Shown here in pieces: positions 12,395 through 24,138 of a stretch of DNA of 37,248 bases (the stretch's first letter is position 1; every line of letters begins with the position of its first letter). This DNA comes from Octopus sinensis. Taxonomy: Eukaryota. The notes below the pieces were generated by a model. The model did no database searches. It had not been told where the DNA came from and saw only the letters and a program-made list of their open reading frames with translations. The translations under genes and the position numbers were made by a program. The stretch covers positions 1 to 37,248 of the forward strand of contig NW_021836836.1 of the NCBI RefSeq assembly GCF_006345805.1, given 5' to 3'.

Positions 12395-12967
12395 CAAACC
12401 TGCAAAAGTAAATACACATTAATATATATATGTCCATATATATATATATATGTGTGTGTTTGTATGTGTGTGTCTGTGTGTGTATATATATATATGTATG
12501 TATGTATTTATTCAAAGAGACAAGAGACTATGAGGAGCTCAAAGAACTATCAGTCTATGTAAACTGAAGAAAAGGAAAGGAAGAGAGACAGGAAGAGTGA
12601 ATAAATGCAAGACAGAGAGAAAGAGAGAGAGAGAGAGAGAGAAGGAGTAAGCGAAAGAGACAGAAAGAGAGTGCCATACAAAGAGAGAGAGAGAAATGTA
12701 GGGGGGTGGTAAAAGAGATATAGAGGGAAAGACAACGGGGGGGAGAAAGAGTAACTGAGGCACATATACTCAACTGCCCTTATATGGACATGTAAACAAC
12801 TTGTTTACTCACTTTCAAATAAATTATTTGAATTCTGTTTTGATTTCATGATGGTCGGTTGGCCGGCCGGCCGGCTGGTTGTTTATATAAACCATGCAGA
12901 AGGGAACCACGTGCTTTTGTGTCATCTACTTTTCAGCTTCAATATCCCATCCAAGTTCAAACCCTGC

Positions 12968-13203
12968 ACTCTTTACTCTTTTTACTCTTTTACTTGTTTC
13001 AGTCTTTTGACTGCGGCCATGCTGGAGCACTACCTCCAATCGAGCAAATCGACCCCGGGACTTATTCTTTTTGTAAGCCCAGTACTTATTCTATCGGTCT
13101 CTTTTTGCCGAACCGCTAAGTGACGGGGACATAAACACACCAGCATCGGTTGTCAAGCATGCTAGGGGAACACACACAACACACACAACACACACCTACA
13201 ATA

Positions 13204-13246
<43 letters not shown>

Positions 13247-13406
13247 TACGACAGCTTCTTTCAGTTTCCGTCTACCAAATCCACTCACAAGGCATTGGTC
13301 GGCCCGGGGCTATAGCAGAAGACACTTGCCCAAGATGCCACGCAGTGGGACTGAACCCGGAACCATGTGGCTGGTTAGCAAGCTACTTACCACACAGCCA
13401 CTCCTG
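12968..13406 (-). mobile_element. SINE family A, full length
   Basis: Close match to family consensus. Confidence 0.9.
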
Positions 13407-13604
13407 TTTTCTATCCTATTTTTATTTGCTCCACCCACCATCGAAGGGGATCGATTGTAACTGAGTTGAGGCAGGAGACAACACAAGGACACATAAATTT
13501 CAATGGAAGGAAGGAAGGAAGGAAGGATGATAGAATCGATCGGTCGATTGGAAGTCTGCAGCTATCCTTCCAATGAAATTTATGTCCTTGTGTTATAGGG
13601 TTGG

Positions 13605-13925
13605 CTGGCTGGCTGGCTGGTGGGATGGTGGGATGGATGGTTAGAAAAACCATTGGATGGTTTGAAAGATGGATGCATGCATGCATGGTCGAATGGATAG
13701 ATGTTTGAAGAGCCTGATGGATGAACTGATAGATGGATAGGAAATGGATGGATGGATGGATATCAGGATAGTTTGATGGATGGATACTGAATGGATGGGT
13801 GGACGAATGGATAAATGCATGTATCCTTGGGTGGATGGAGAGATAAATGGATAATTAGATGGATGGATGCATGGATGCGTACACTGTTGGATGGTTGGAG
13901 GGATGGAGGGATTGATGGATAGCTG
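13605..13925. repeat. Degenerate (GGAT)n tetranucleotide satellite
   Basis: Direct inspection. Confidence 0.85.
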
Positions 13926-14395
13926 AATGGCCAATCCACCACCAGTTTAACACCATCTTCTGCCCCTTAATCATCTTTCATGTGATGTGGTCTAAGTGCC
14001 ACAATCTGTGGGATGGTGTCATGTTGTGAGGTGTGGTGTGCTCTAGAGTGGTAAACACCAGTGTGGTATTGGTGCAGTCCAGTGAATAGTAGTATAGGAT
14101 GGTGTAATATCATGTGGAGTACTGTGGTATATAATGAACTGCAATGTGTTACGGTTTGGTTCAGTGTTGGGAGGTAGTCATATGTGGTGTGATGTAATGT
14201 CATGTAGTACGCAGCAATAACATGTGGTTTCATGCAGTATATAATACAGTATGGCCTAGTGTGGTGTAGTCTTGTGTTGAGTGGTGTAGTTTAGCCCTTT
14301 AGCATTCAGATTATTCTGCCAAATGAAATGCTTATTTATTCACATTGTTTTGAATTAATCATGCATTGTCTCATAGCTTTGAGATTTCAATGATG

Positions 14396-14556
14396 ATCAT
14401 CATCATCATTTAATGTCCATGTTCCGTGCTAGCGTGGGTGGGACGTTACCACAAGAGCCAGCCAGGCCAAAGCCTGCACCAGACTTCTCTGATTGTACTG
14501 GCAGGATTTTTACAGCTGGGTGCCCTTCGTAACACCAACCTCTCAGCAGAGTGGAC
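14396..14556 (-). mobile_element. RTE-type 3' end with (GAT)n tail (3' part of the chimera)
   Basis: (cat)n, tttaatgtccatgttcc, ttttacagctgggtgcccttcgtaacaccaacc; homologous to 2580-2750, 25253-25420 and 28930-29106. Confidence 0.85.
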
Positions 14557-14564
14557 AATAGAGA

Positions 14565-14858
14565 GTGAGGCCGTGCTTTCACGGTCTGTATTCATACTGG
14601 AAATCAAGATTGAGCAAGCTTTTGCCCTTTTGCTCAACATAGGGTTTCAGTCCGTACTGAGCTCAGGACGCCTGTGTTACTGTTTGACAGACATACCACC
14701 CCAGTCAAACTCCCCGACCAACATTGTTCTCGACTAAGTTTCATGCATCCGTGCCCGCAAAAGTGCTCAACATGCACCGTGTGCTTCGCACCAGATAATG
14801 AATCACCACTCAGCAATGGCCTGATCCCTTCTCCATCGAGTGAGTGAGCAAACTACAG
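14565..14858 (-). rRNA. 28S rRNA-derived pseudogene fragment (domain V region around the P-loop), not a functional rRNA gene
   Basis: Minus strand has ggggagtttgactggggtggtatgtctgtcaaacagtaacacaggcgtcct and agcaaaagggcaaaagcttgctcaatcttgatttccagtatgaatacagaccgtgaaagcacggcctcac, matching conserved LSU GGGGAGUUUGACUGGGGCGG and GAGCAAAAGGGCAAAAGC...GAAUACAGACCGUGAAAGC; several differences are CpG-type transitions. Confidence 0.92.
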
Positions 14859-15126
14859 AATGATGTGATTGTATGTTTCTAGAATAATATTATAGGGGAG
14901 CTAAGAGGGGCCAGATCTGACCAGTTTGAACATAAAACGGGTAGAATATTTGGGCTGGATATGGCTGGTTTAAATGCTAAAGGGTTAGAGCAGTGTGATG
15001 TCACATGGAGTGGTGGAGTGCATGCCATTGTGCAGCACAGTGCAGTGTGGTGGAGAACTGTGAAGTAATTTGATGTGCAGCTCATTGCAGTTAGATCTGA
15101 TGTTGTGTGATTTCTTGCAATACAAT

Positions 15127-15548
15127 ACTCTTCATTCTTTTACTTGTTTCAGTCATTTGACTGCAGCCATGCTGGAGCACTACCTCCAATCGAGCAAATC
15201 GACCCCAGGACTTATTCTTTTGTAAGCCCAGTACTTATTCTATCGGTCTCTTTGCCGAACCGCTAAGTAACGGGGACATAACACACCAGCATCGGTTGTC
15301 AAGCAATGCTAGGGGGACAAACACAGACCCAAAACACACCGCATATAATATATATATATATTATATATATATAATTATACATATATACGACGGGCTTCTT
15401 TCAGTTTCCGTCTACCAATCCACTCACAAGCTTTGGTAGGCCCGAGGCTATAGCAGAAGACACTTGCCCAAGGTGCCACGTAGTGGGACTGAACCCGGAA
15501 CCATGTGGTTGGTAAACAAGCTACTTACCACACAGCCACTCCTGCGCC
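15127..15548 (-). mobile_element. SINE family A, full length
   Basis: Close match to family consensus. Confidence 0.9.
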
Positions 15549-15904
15549 TATGGTATAATTCATCACAATACAGCAGAGAGCAGTGGGGTGTAACAACGAC
15601 AATGTGAATTCTAGTGCAGCACATGGTGCACCGTGGTGTGATGTAGCAGTGTAATATTATGATGATGGCATGTGTAATGCAGTGTAGTGTAGTGTACTGT
15701 TGTTTGTTGTAGTGTGTGGTATGGTAAAGCATAATGTAGCAGAGTGTGTGCTAACATTTTAGATTTAGTTACAGTTCTAATGTGTAACCAGTCATCGAAC
15801 TTTTGATATAAAATAACTTATACACAATTTGTAAAGCAGCAAGGTATAATAATAATAAATTATTTTACACCTTTGTGTTTGCTTTCCATCTTCCTTTTGG
15901 CTAC

Positions 15905-16250
15905 CTATTATTTTATTAATATTATTATTATTGTTATTATTAATACCATTATTATTATTATTATTATTATTAATACCATTATTATATTATTATTATTATT
16001 AATACCATTATTATTATTATTATTATTATTATTAATACCATTATTATTATTATTATTATCATTATTATCATATTATTAACATTATTATTATTATTATTAT
16101 GATTATTATTATTATGATTACCATTATTATTATTATTATTATGATCATTATTATTATTATTATTATTATTACCATTATTATTATCATTATTATTATTATT
16201 ATCATTATTATTATCATTATTATTATTATCATTATTATTATTATTATCAT
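15905..16250. repeat. (ATT)n/(CAT)n trinucleotide tract
   Basis: Direct inspection. Confidence 0.95.
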
Positions 16251-17210
16251 TGCTTCCCTCTTTCATTTATTTATTTCCTTAGTTTTCTCAGAGTTAATCA
16301 AACAAAACTAATATAATTATTTAAACCAAATACCTTCATTACTTGGCTCGTTTTGTATTTTGGGGGGATTTTTGGGGGGGGATTTTTTTTTGGAGGGGAG
16401 GATTCTTTTTTTTACATTTTTATTATATTTATTTATTCACACTTTCATTATTATTATTTTTTTTTTTGCCTTCTTTATCTTTCAGGAACAGTTATTTAAA
16501 ATAATATAGCCACCATACTGTACAAACATTGTTCCCTCCTCCATCCATTCTGCTACACTACAAACCATAACCACCACCACCACCACCACCACCACCACAT
16601 ATACCTTAAAAATACAAAAAAAAAATTTTTTTTTTAAAAATCTACCAACCTAGAACAAAATAAAAAATAAAACGTACATGACATAAAAATTGAGAAAAAA
16701 AAACCACCGACAGCAATACTAATAAAAGCTGTCTATAAAGCAGCAAAAGGAGGAGGAGGCTGGAAACAACAACTGCCTCACAACAACTACTACAAATAAT
16801 AATAACGATGATGGTGATGATGATGATGATGATGAGAAAAACAACGCAAGAAACACCAAACTGAGAAAATTGGCAATGTTTGACAAGCAATAAACCAGTC
16901 AAAATCACAAATTATCTTGCATCAATGAAGCTTAGTATACAAGAAAGATTTCAAAACCCCCACACCCCACCCCACTCCAAATAAAAAATAAATAAATAAA
17001 GTGAAAGCAAATAAAATGAAATATAAAAAATCACTGCTCTGCATACACATATGCACTCTCACCACGACCACCACTGCTACCATACGAATGCACTCCCCAC
17101 CTCTCCTTGCCAAGAAAAAAACAAAAACCCTAATTCAGTCATATTTTTAGAATTGTTATGCCACAAACCACCATGTAATACCACAAATATAATACTAAAT
17201 ACAGAGTTTA

Positions 17211-17211
<1 letters not shown>

Positions 17212-17247
<36 letters not shown>

Positions 17248-17249
17248 GC

Positions 17250-17291
<42 letters not shown>

Positions 17292-17315
17292 AATGATGAT
17301 GATGATAATAATAAT
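17212..17315. repeat. (AAT)n/(GAT)n tract
   Basis: Direct inspection. Confidence 0.95.
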
Positions 17316-17722
17316 GACAGAAATATATGAATTAATGATATTAAAAGATAAAAGAATTTTAGAGGAAAAAAGTTTGCGAAAAATTTTGAGAAATGTAATG
17401 AAAAAAATTAAAACAGAAAAAGCAAAAAAGAAAATCTGTCAAAAGAAATTTGGAAATTTGAAAAAAAAAAAATTGGTAGAAATTTGAAAAAAAAATCATC
17501 AAAATTATGATTTCCTAATTTATAATAAGAATAATAATGATAAATAATATATTTTTATTTTATTTTATCCAAAACTATTTTTTTTTTTTTTTTTTTTTTG
17601 CGGATAAATAGAAGCAATAAATTATAATCTAAGATTTAGAAAGACAACACACACACACACAAACACAGGCAAACATTAACACTGCAACCACTTCTGTTGC
17701 TATACATATATATATATATATA

Positions 17723-17766
<44 letters not shown>

Positions 17767-17793
17767 TTATCTGCATGTGTGTGTGTATGTGTG

Positions 17794-17928
17794 TGTGGCT
17801 GTGTGGTCTGAAAGCGCATTTGGCAATCACAGCTTTAGTTTCAGTTCTACTAGGAGGCACCTTCTATTATAGCCCCAGGCCAATCAAAGCCTTGTGAGTA
17901 GATTTGGTAAGCAGAAACTGAAAGAGGC
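17794..17928 (+). mobile_element. SINE family A, old head fragment
   Basis: Degenerate match. Confidence 0.6.
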
Positions 17929-17947
17929 ACATTGTGTGTGTGTGTGC

Positions 17948-18131
17948 ATATCAATATCATCATTTAACATCAATTTTTCCAAGCTGGCATGGGTTGGATG
18001 GTTTGATACGAACAGACAAGTCAGGGGGCTCTGCAATTTCACTTGGCTTGATGGGGTTTCTTCTCAAACACAACATAATACCAAAGGTTTCGATCATTGC
18101 CTCCATAAGGCCCAACACTCGAAAGGAGCTC
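17948..18131 (-). mobile_element. RTE-type LINE 3' end, internally deleted
   Basis: (cat)n tail and ccaagctggcatggg hairpin region; minus strand tttgagaagaaaccccatcaagccaagtga matches the ORF end at 28740-28765. Confidence 0.65.
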
Positions 18132-18299
18132 AACCACATTGCCTCTGTGGTGGGGAAGACGATCATAATCGCCAACTTGGATGTTGTGTTAGAACTCAGA
18201 ATACAGCCTTATTTATCAAAATTACTAGGATCAAACCCTTCAAATTGGTGCCCTAGTATGGCCACAGTCCAATAACTGAAAGATATATATATATATATA

Positions 18300-18464
18300 G
18301 GTGCAGGAGTGGCTGTGTGGTAAGTAGCTTGCTTATCAACCACATGGTTCCGGGTTCAGTCCCACTGCATGGCATCTTGGGCAAGTGTTTTCTGCTATAG
18401 CCCCGGGCTGACCAATGCCTTCTGAGTGGATTTGGTAGATGGAAACTGAAAGAAGCCTATCGTA

Positions 18465-18506
<42 letters not shown>

Positions 18507-18741
18507 ATATATGTATGTGTGTGTATATGTTTGTGTGTCTGTGTTTGTCCCCCCACCATCCCTTGACAACCGATGCTGGTGTGTTTACGTCCCCGTCACT
18601 CAGCGGTTCGGCAAAAAGAGACCGATAGAATAAGTACTGGGCCTACAAAGAATAAGTCCCGGGGTCGATTTCCTTGACTAAAGGTGGTGCTCCAGCATGG
18701 CCGCAGTCAAATGACTGAAACAAGTAAAAAAAAAAAAAAGA

Positions 18742-18742
<1 letters not shown>
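18300..18742 (+). mobile_element. SINE family A, full length
   Basis: Head ggtgcaggagtggctgtgtgg; ends aaacaagt(a)n. Confidence 0.9.
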
Positions 18743-18777
<35 letters not shown>

Positions 18778-19097
18778 CACACACACACACACACAAACAT
18801 GTACAATCCTCCACACTAACCTGCACTCTACCTCTCACACCTCCATACTACCACTATCACATTACAACCACTGCAAGGGAGAGGTTTTTGTAATTGTATA
18901 GATCTTCTATGAATACCAGCTAATTTTGCTCAGAACATACCTGATCATTTTTAAAAGCAAAAATGGATACGCTTACCTATATAATCTGAGATATACAAAA
19001 TGAGGTGAGACTGCCATGCATGGAATATCAGACAAAACGTTAATGTCACCATGAGCTCTGGTACACAACAATAACAAGCAGAGAGAAGACTTGTATA

Positions 19098-19482
19098 TCT
19101 CTCTCTATATAAACGGCAGTTTGTCTGTGTGTGTTTCTGTGTGTCTGTTTGCTTGTACCCTCACCCTGACCACGGCTTTCAACCGATTCTGATGAAACTT
19201 GACACACACATAGCCCAATGTCATAATTCAAAACTAACGCAGCGAAAATTTTGAAAAGTTCCCCCAGTTCTGAAAAAAATCGATAAATTCGACATGGGGT
19301 CGAGAATCAGAAACACAAACCACAGACTGTCTAGGGGACGCAACTCGACCTTTTTAACTCTCAAAAAAAATTTACCATCATTTTTTTTCCATTTTTTTTC
19401 CTATTTTTTGGCTATAACTCTCTAAAAATGCTTTATAGTTATTTCCCTTACAAACCTGAGCAACGCCGGGCGATACTGCTAG
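19098..19482 (+). mobile_element. Non-autonomous Helitron, complete
   Basis: A|TC 5' end at 19097/19098, CTAG|T 3' end at 19479-19483, subterminal GC-rich cctgagcaacgccggg, no TSD; acggctttcaaccgattctgatgaaacttg resembles the motif I recall from small invertebrate (Lep1-like) Helitrons. Confidence 0.8.
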
Positions 19483-19501
19483 TAGTATATAAATACAGGA
19501 A

Positions 19502-19734
19502 AAAGTCGCTGAGCTGGCAGAAACGTTAGCACACCGGGCGAAATGCTTAGCGGTATTTCGTCTGCGTTACATTGTGAGTTCAAATTCCGCTGAGGTCGAC
19601 TTTGCCTTTCATCCTTTCGGGGTCGATAAATTAAGTACCAGTTACACACTGGGGTCGATGTAATCGACTTAATACCTATGTCTGTCCTTGTTTGTCCCCT
19701 CTGTGTTTAGCCCCTTGTGGGTAATAAAGAAATA
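19502..19734 (+). mobile_element. SINE family B
   Basis: 18-bp TSD agtatataaatacaggaa at 19484-19501 and 19735-19752. Confidence 0.9.
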
Positions 19735-19743
19735 AGTATATAA

Positions 19744-19900
19744 ATACAGGAATGGCTGAGTGGTAAGTACATTCCTTCCCAACCTCATGATTTTGGGTTC
19801 AATCCCATTGCATGCACATTGGTAAAGTGTCTTCTACTTAGGCCCCAGGCTACCCAAAGCCTTGTCAATGGGTTTGGTAGATGGAAACTGAAAGAAGCCT
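19744..19900 (+). mobile_element. SINE family A, old 5' half
   Basis: Degenerate head through gaaactgaaagaagcc. Confidence 0.7.
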
Positions 19901-19960
19901 CTCATGTGTGTGTGTGAGTGAATGTGTGTGCTATTGTCTCTTCACTTTGGTATAGTGTGA

Positions 19961-20192
19961 AGGCGGCGAGCTGGGAGAATCGTTAGCATGCCGGGCGAAA
20001 TGCTTAGCGGTATTTCGTCTGCCGCTACGTTCTGAGTTCAAATTCCGCCGAGGTGGACTTCGCCTTTCACCCTTTCGGGGTCGATTAAATAAGTACCAGT
20101 TACGCACTGGAGTCGATGTAATCGGCTCAATCCATTTGTCTGTCCTTGTTTGTCCCTTCTGTGTTTAGCCCCTTGTGGGTATTAAAGAAATA
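19961..20192 (+). mobile_element. SINE family B, full length
   Basis: Head aggcggcgagctggg...gagttcaaattcc; 12-bp TSD ggtatagtgtga at 19949-19960 and 20193-20204. Confidence 0.92.
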
Positions 20193-20204
20193 GGTATAGT
20201 GTGA

Positions 20205-20412
20205 TGGTTGTAAGTGATGTCACCACCATGCAAGCAGTGTCCTCAGTTTCCAATCTTCCAACATATATCCGATCGTGGGAAAATATTACCTTACTTGGAG
20301 ACAGGTGAGGATTGGCAACAGGAAGGGTACCCGGCCAGAGAAAGTCCACCCCAACAAGTTTCGTCTGACTCATGCAAGCATGAAAACTGTATGTTAAACA
20401 ATGATGATAATA
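20205..20412 (+). mobile_element. Retroposon family E: shares the aggaagggca-type core, terminal hairpin and (GAT)n tail with the RTE-type UTR
   Basis: ggattggcaacaggaagggtacccggcc; tcatgcaagcatga at 20370-20383; ttaaacaatgatgat. Confidence 0.6.
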
Positions 20413-21183
20413 ACATTTCGAAACTACCCCTGTGGCAACATTATAAGTTGGGGGTCCAAGTCAAGCAAGCCAAGCCAAGCCGCACAACAAGGGTCAAGCT
20501 GCAATAACATTGTTCAGTGGACCCATTATCTCTTCTAAAATTGCCTTATTATCTCAACTCTTTATAAGCCTGGTACAAAGCCAAATTATATGTTGACTAC
20601 CTGAACACAAACCTCCCCTCTTCTTCTTCTTCTTCTTCTTCTTATTATTATTATTATGAGAAAGGCTTGCTTTACAGTCTCTTTCCATTCCAATCAACAA
20701 GTTGATCTATTAGCTTCACTTTACAAATTATCTCCGTAACACATCAGAAACAGAACCAACCTATCCGTCTATACCCCGACCATCCTGCCACCACCATCTG
20801 GTTTTAACTGAGGGCTTTTCTATGGATCATTCACTTTGCTTTCACAGTAATCACACTGACAAAGAGGGGTTACACTTTTCTGAAGGATTTCATTAGCTAA
20901 GTAAGTGCGACTAATTCTACTACTCCCTTGCCTTCCAGCCAGAAGCCTTTGTGTGTCCCCGAGGAACCAATCTAGCAGAACTTCATATTAAAGCTGTTTC
21001 TTCCACTCGGCTTACATGTTACATGCGTACAAGCACAGAGATGCACAAATTGTTTGCCATAACTCTGTGTGTGTGTGTGTTTGTGTATGTGTGTGTGTGC
21101 GTGTGCATGCAAGTATACACATACACACATACAGCTATATATATGCATGCATATACAGTATACAGACACAAAGAAAGAAGCCA

Positions 21184-21218
<35 letters not shown>

Positions 21219-21473
21219 ATATATATATATACACACACATAATGTATGTGTATTTATATATATATATATATACACACACATAATGTATGTGTATTTATAT
21301 ATATATACACACACATAATGTATGTGTATTTATATATATATATATGTGTGTGTGTTTGTGTAATCATGTGTGTGTATACACATACAGTGTATACATGACT
21401 GTATGTATTTACATCTCCCATACAGTGTGATGTAAACATTTTCATACAAACTAATATACACCCTTTAAACAGC

Positions 21474-21517
<44 letters not shown>

Positions 21518-21789
21518 GAAATATATGTTTTTACACAAATATATACAAATGCATATACAGGACAACACATACATCTACATATATGTCTACATCATATTCT
21601 TTTACCATGTTGGTCTGGAGAGGATGAGACTTGTTAAAGTTGTACTCCACAGCCAGATCACCTCCCTTGCCATCAGCATAAGGTCATTTTGTAAAGTATA
21701 GACATTCATCTATACACACCAGCAACAATCATCATCAACATTTTATCTTTGTTTTCTATGTTGGCATTGGTCAAACAGCTCTCTCTCTC

Positions 21790-22010
21790 TCTTTTACTCT
21801 TTGACTTGTTTCAGTCATTTGACTGCGGCCATGCTGGAGCACCGCCTTTAATCGAGCAACTTGACCCCGAGACTTATTCTTTTGTAAGCCCAGTACTTAT
21901 TCTATCGGTCTCTTTTGCCGAACCGCTAAGTGACAGGGACGTAAACACACCAGCATCAGCTGTTAAGCAATGCTAGAGGGACAAACACAGACACACAGAC
22001 ATATACACAC
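21790..22010 (-). mobile_element. SINE family A, 3' half only
   Basis: Match stops in the central CA tract. Confidence 0.85.
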
Positions 22011-22017
22011 ACATACA

Positions 22018-22110
22018 TTCTCACTTTCCCAAGCTTCAAACTAATACACCTACTTGTTGTTCATACACCTGTCTTCATCTTATGTTTTTCTATAAATTTC
22101 AACTATATAT
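22018..22110 (+). mobile_element. Fragment of the putative Penelope-like terminus seen at 26868-27070
   Basis: ctaatacacctacttgttgttcatacacctgtcttcatcttatg resembles 27003-27070. Confidence 0.45.
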
Positions 22111-23169
22111 ATATATAAATTAAATTAGTGATAAAACCACTATTAGGCAAAACAAACAGATAGTATACTCCCTAATATCATTATTATATATATATTATAT
22201 ACACACACACACGTGTGTGTGTGTATGTTGAATTGGGACATGATGACCTATTAGCATATGTCATCATCTAAAGAGGATCCAAAGTGATGTTGATGATGAA
22301 ATATGTAATATAAGATAAAATATTGAGATCAATATGATAAAATAACATCACTATAAGCAACGCACTAGCATGGCCATAGTTGAAAATCTGAAAGAATAGA
22401 AGGGGATTCATCTATTCAGCTCTGTCTTTCTATATATATATGCACACATATACACAGACGAATACACACAGATAGAAAATGTTTTCTTTCAATTAATACA
22501 TATTCATAAGACTAGCAAAAGGGAAAGCAACCAGCTGTAATAACAAGAGGCAAATAGTAATGACAAAAAAAATTCAGAGATAACTGAGGATATGACTGTT
22601 GTCTCTATTGTATCTGCCAGAGAAAAAAAGAAAGCTCCAGACACACCCAACTAAATTGTTCCAATAAAATCAATCTATGAATAATTGAGAAGCTCCCTTT
22701 CCAAAATTCAACTATAAAGTCTTGTAAGTGAATTCAGTAAATGGAAAATGAAAGAAGCCTATCTATGTGTGTGTGTGTGTTTGTGTGTGTGGAGATGAAA
22801 AATTTCTCCAAGCGATCAGCTCGACAAATCGTTAAGATATTTTCTTAGCATGAAACCAATGGTAGCCTTAATATACAAGTAAAGATTCTTTATCCACCAA
22901 TGCAATGTTGAGCACTCTTTCTCACTGTTCGACATTTATGTGTGTGTGCGTTTGTGTGTGTGCATGTGTATATAAGCATATATATATCATCATCATCATA
23001 CACACACACACACATATCCTCATCATCATCTCTATACATATAAAATTCTTTGTCATTCTGTCTGTCTTTACAAGGTAAACCCCATGAGTGTCAACATGTA
23101 ATTTTTATTTCCATTTCGATAAAAACAATATAACATTTTCTCAAAATTAATGTTTCTTTAGTCAACTAT

Positions 23170-24050
23170 AGTACAGGATACTTTATACCACCACTACAAC
23201 AACAACGACATCACATTTTGCAGATGGGAGTGTATGTGTGTGTTTGCACATTTGTTATGTACAACATAGTAAAACACATTTTATACAATGATCACAATGA
23301 CACATTTTGTATATGAATGCGAACATGTCTGTCAGTGTTTCTGTGTTTGCACGTTCGTTACATATGACACAGTAAAGAAGATTTTATACCACAAGGACAA
23401 CACGTTTTGTATATGTGTCTGTCAGTGTGTGTGTTTGTGCATTACTCTTTTACTTGTTTCAGTCATTTGACTGCGGCCATGCTGGAGCACCGCCTTTAAT
23501 CGAGCAACTCGACCCCGGGACTTGTTCTTTTTGTAAGCCCAGTACTTATTCTATCAGTCTCTTTTGCCGAACTGCAATGTAACGGGGACGTAAACACACC
23601 AGCATCGGTTGTCAAGCAATGCTAGGGGGACAAACACAGACACACAAACAAACACACATACATATATATACATATATACGACAGGCTTCTTTCAGTTTCC
23701 GTCTACCAAATCCACTCACAAGGCATTGGTCGGCTCGGGGCTATAGCAGAAGACACTTGCCCAAGATGCCACACAGTGGGACTGAACCCAGAACCATGTG
23801 GTTGGTTAGCAAGCTACTTACCACACAGCCACTCCTGCGCATTTGTTACATATGACATAGTCAAGGGCATTTTATACCACCACCTCCATGGTATATTTTG
23901 TATATGAGTGTATATGTGTCTGTGAGTGTGTGTGTATTTGCCCATTTGTTATGCACCATGAAGTAAAGGACATTTTATGCACCACCATGATACATTTTGT
24001 ATATGAGTATGTGTTTGTGAGTGTGTGTGTGTTTGTGCATTCATTACATA
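23170..24050. repeat. Diverged tandem repeat of about 100 bp, 5-6 units, split by a SINE
   Basis: Recurring gtaaaggacattttatac...cattttgtatatg...gtgtgtttg..catttgttat motif. Confidence 0.7.
23444..23840 (-). mobile_element. SINE family A, full length
   Basis: Close match; gcatt on both sides. Confidence 0.9.
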
Positions 24051-24138
24051 AATGTATGTCTGTGTGTGTCTGTCTAAGTATATGTATGTGAGAATGTATG
24101 TATGTGACAATGTATATGTATGTGTGAGTACATGTGCA

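Larger units (their letters stand above)
14295..14984 (+). mobile_element. piggyBac-type MITE carrying the 28S-RTE chimeric insertion
   Basis: TIRs ccctttagcatt (14295) and aatgctaaaggg (ends 14984); TTAG on both sides (14291-14294, 14985-14988). Confidence 0.85.

Noticed and set aside
14565-14858. Functional rRNA locus or R2-type insertion site
   Set aside because: Only about 295 nt, decayed, with a small deletion, no flanking rDNA, and bounded by a TSD.
16486-16510. Strong plus-strand splice acceptor (ttctttatctttcag)
   Set aside because: All three frames stop within 8 codons and there is no supported donor; indistinguishable from chance in T-rich DNA.
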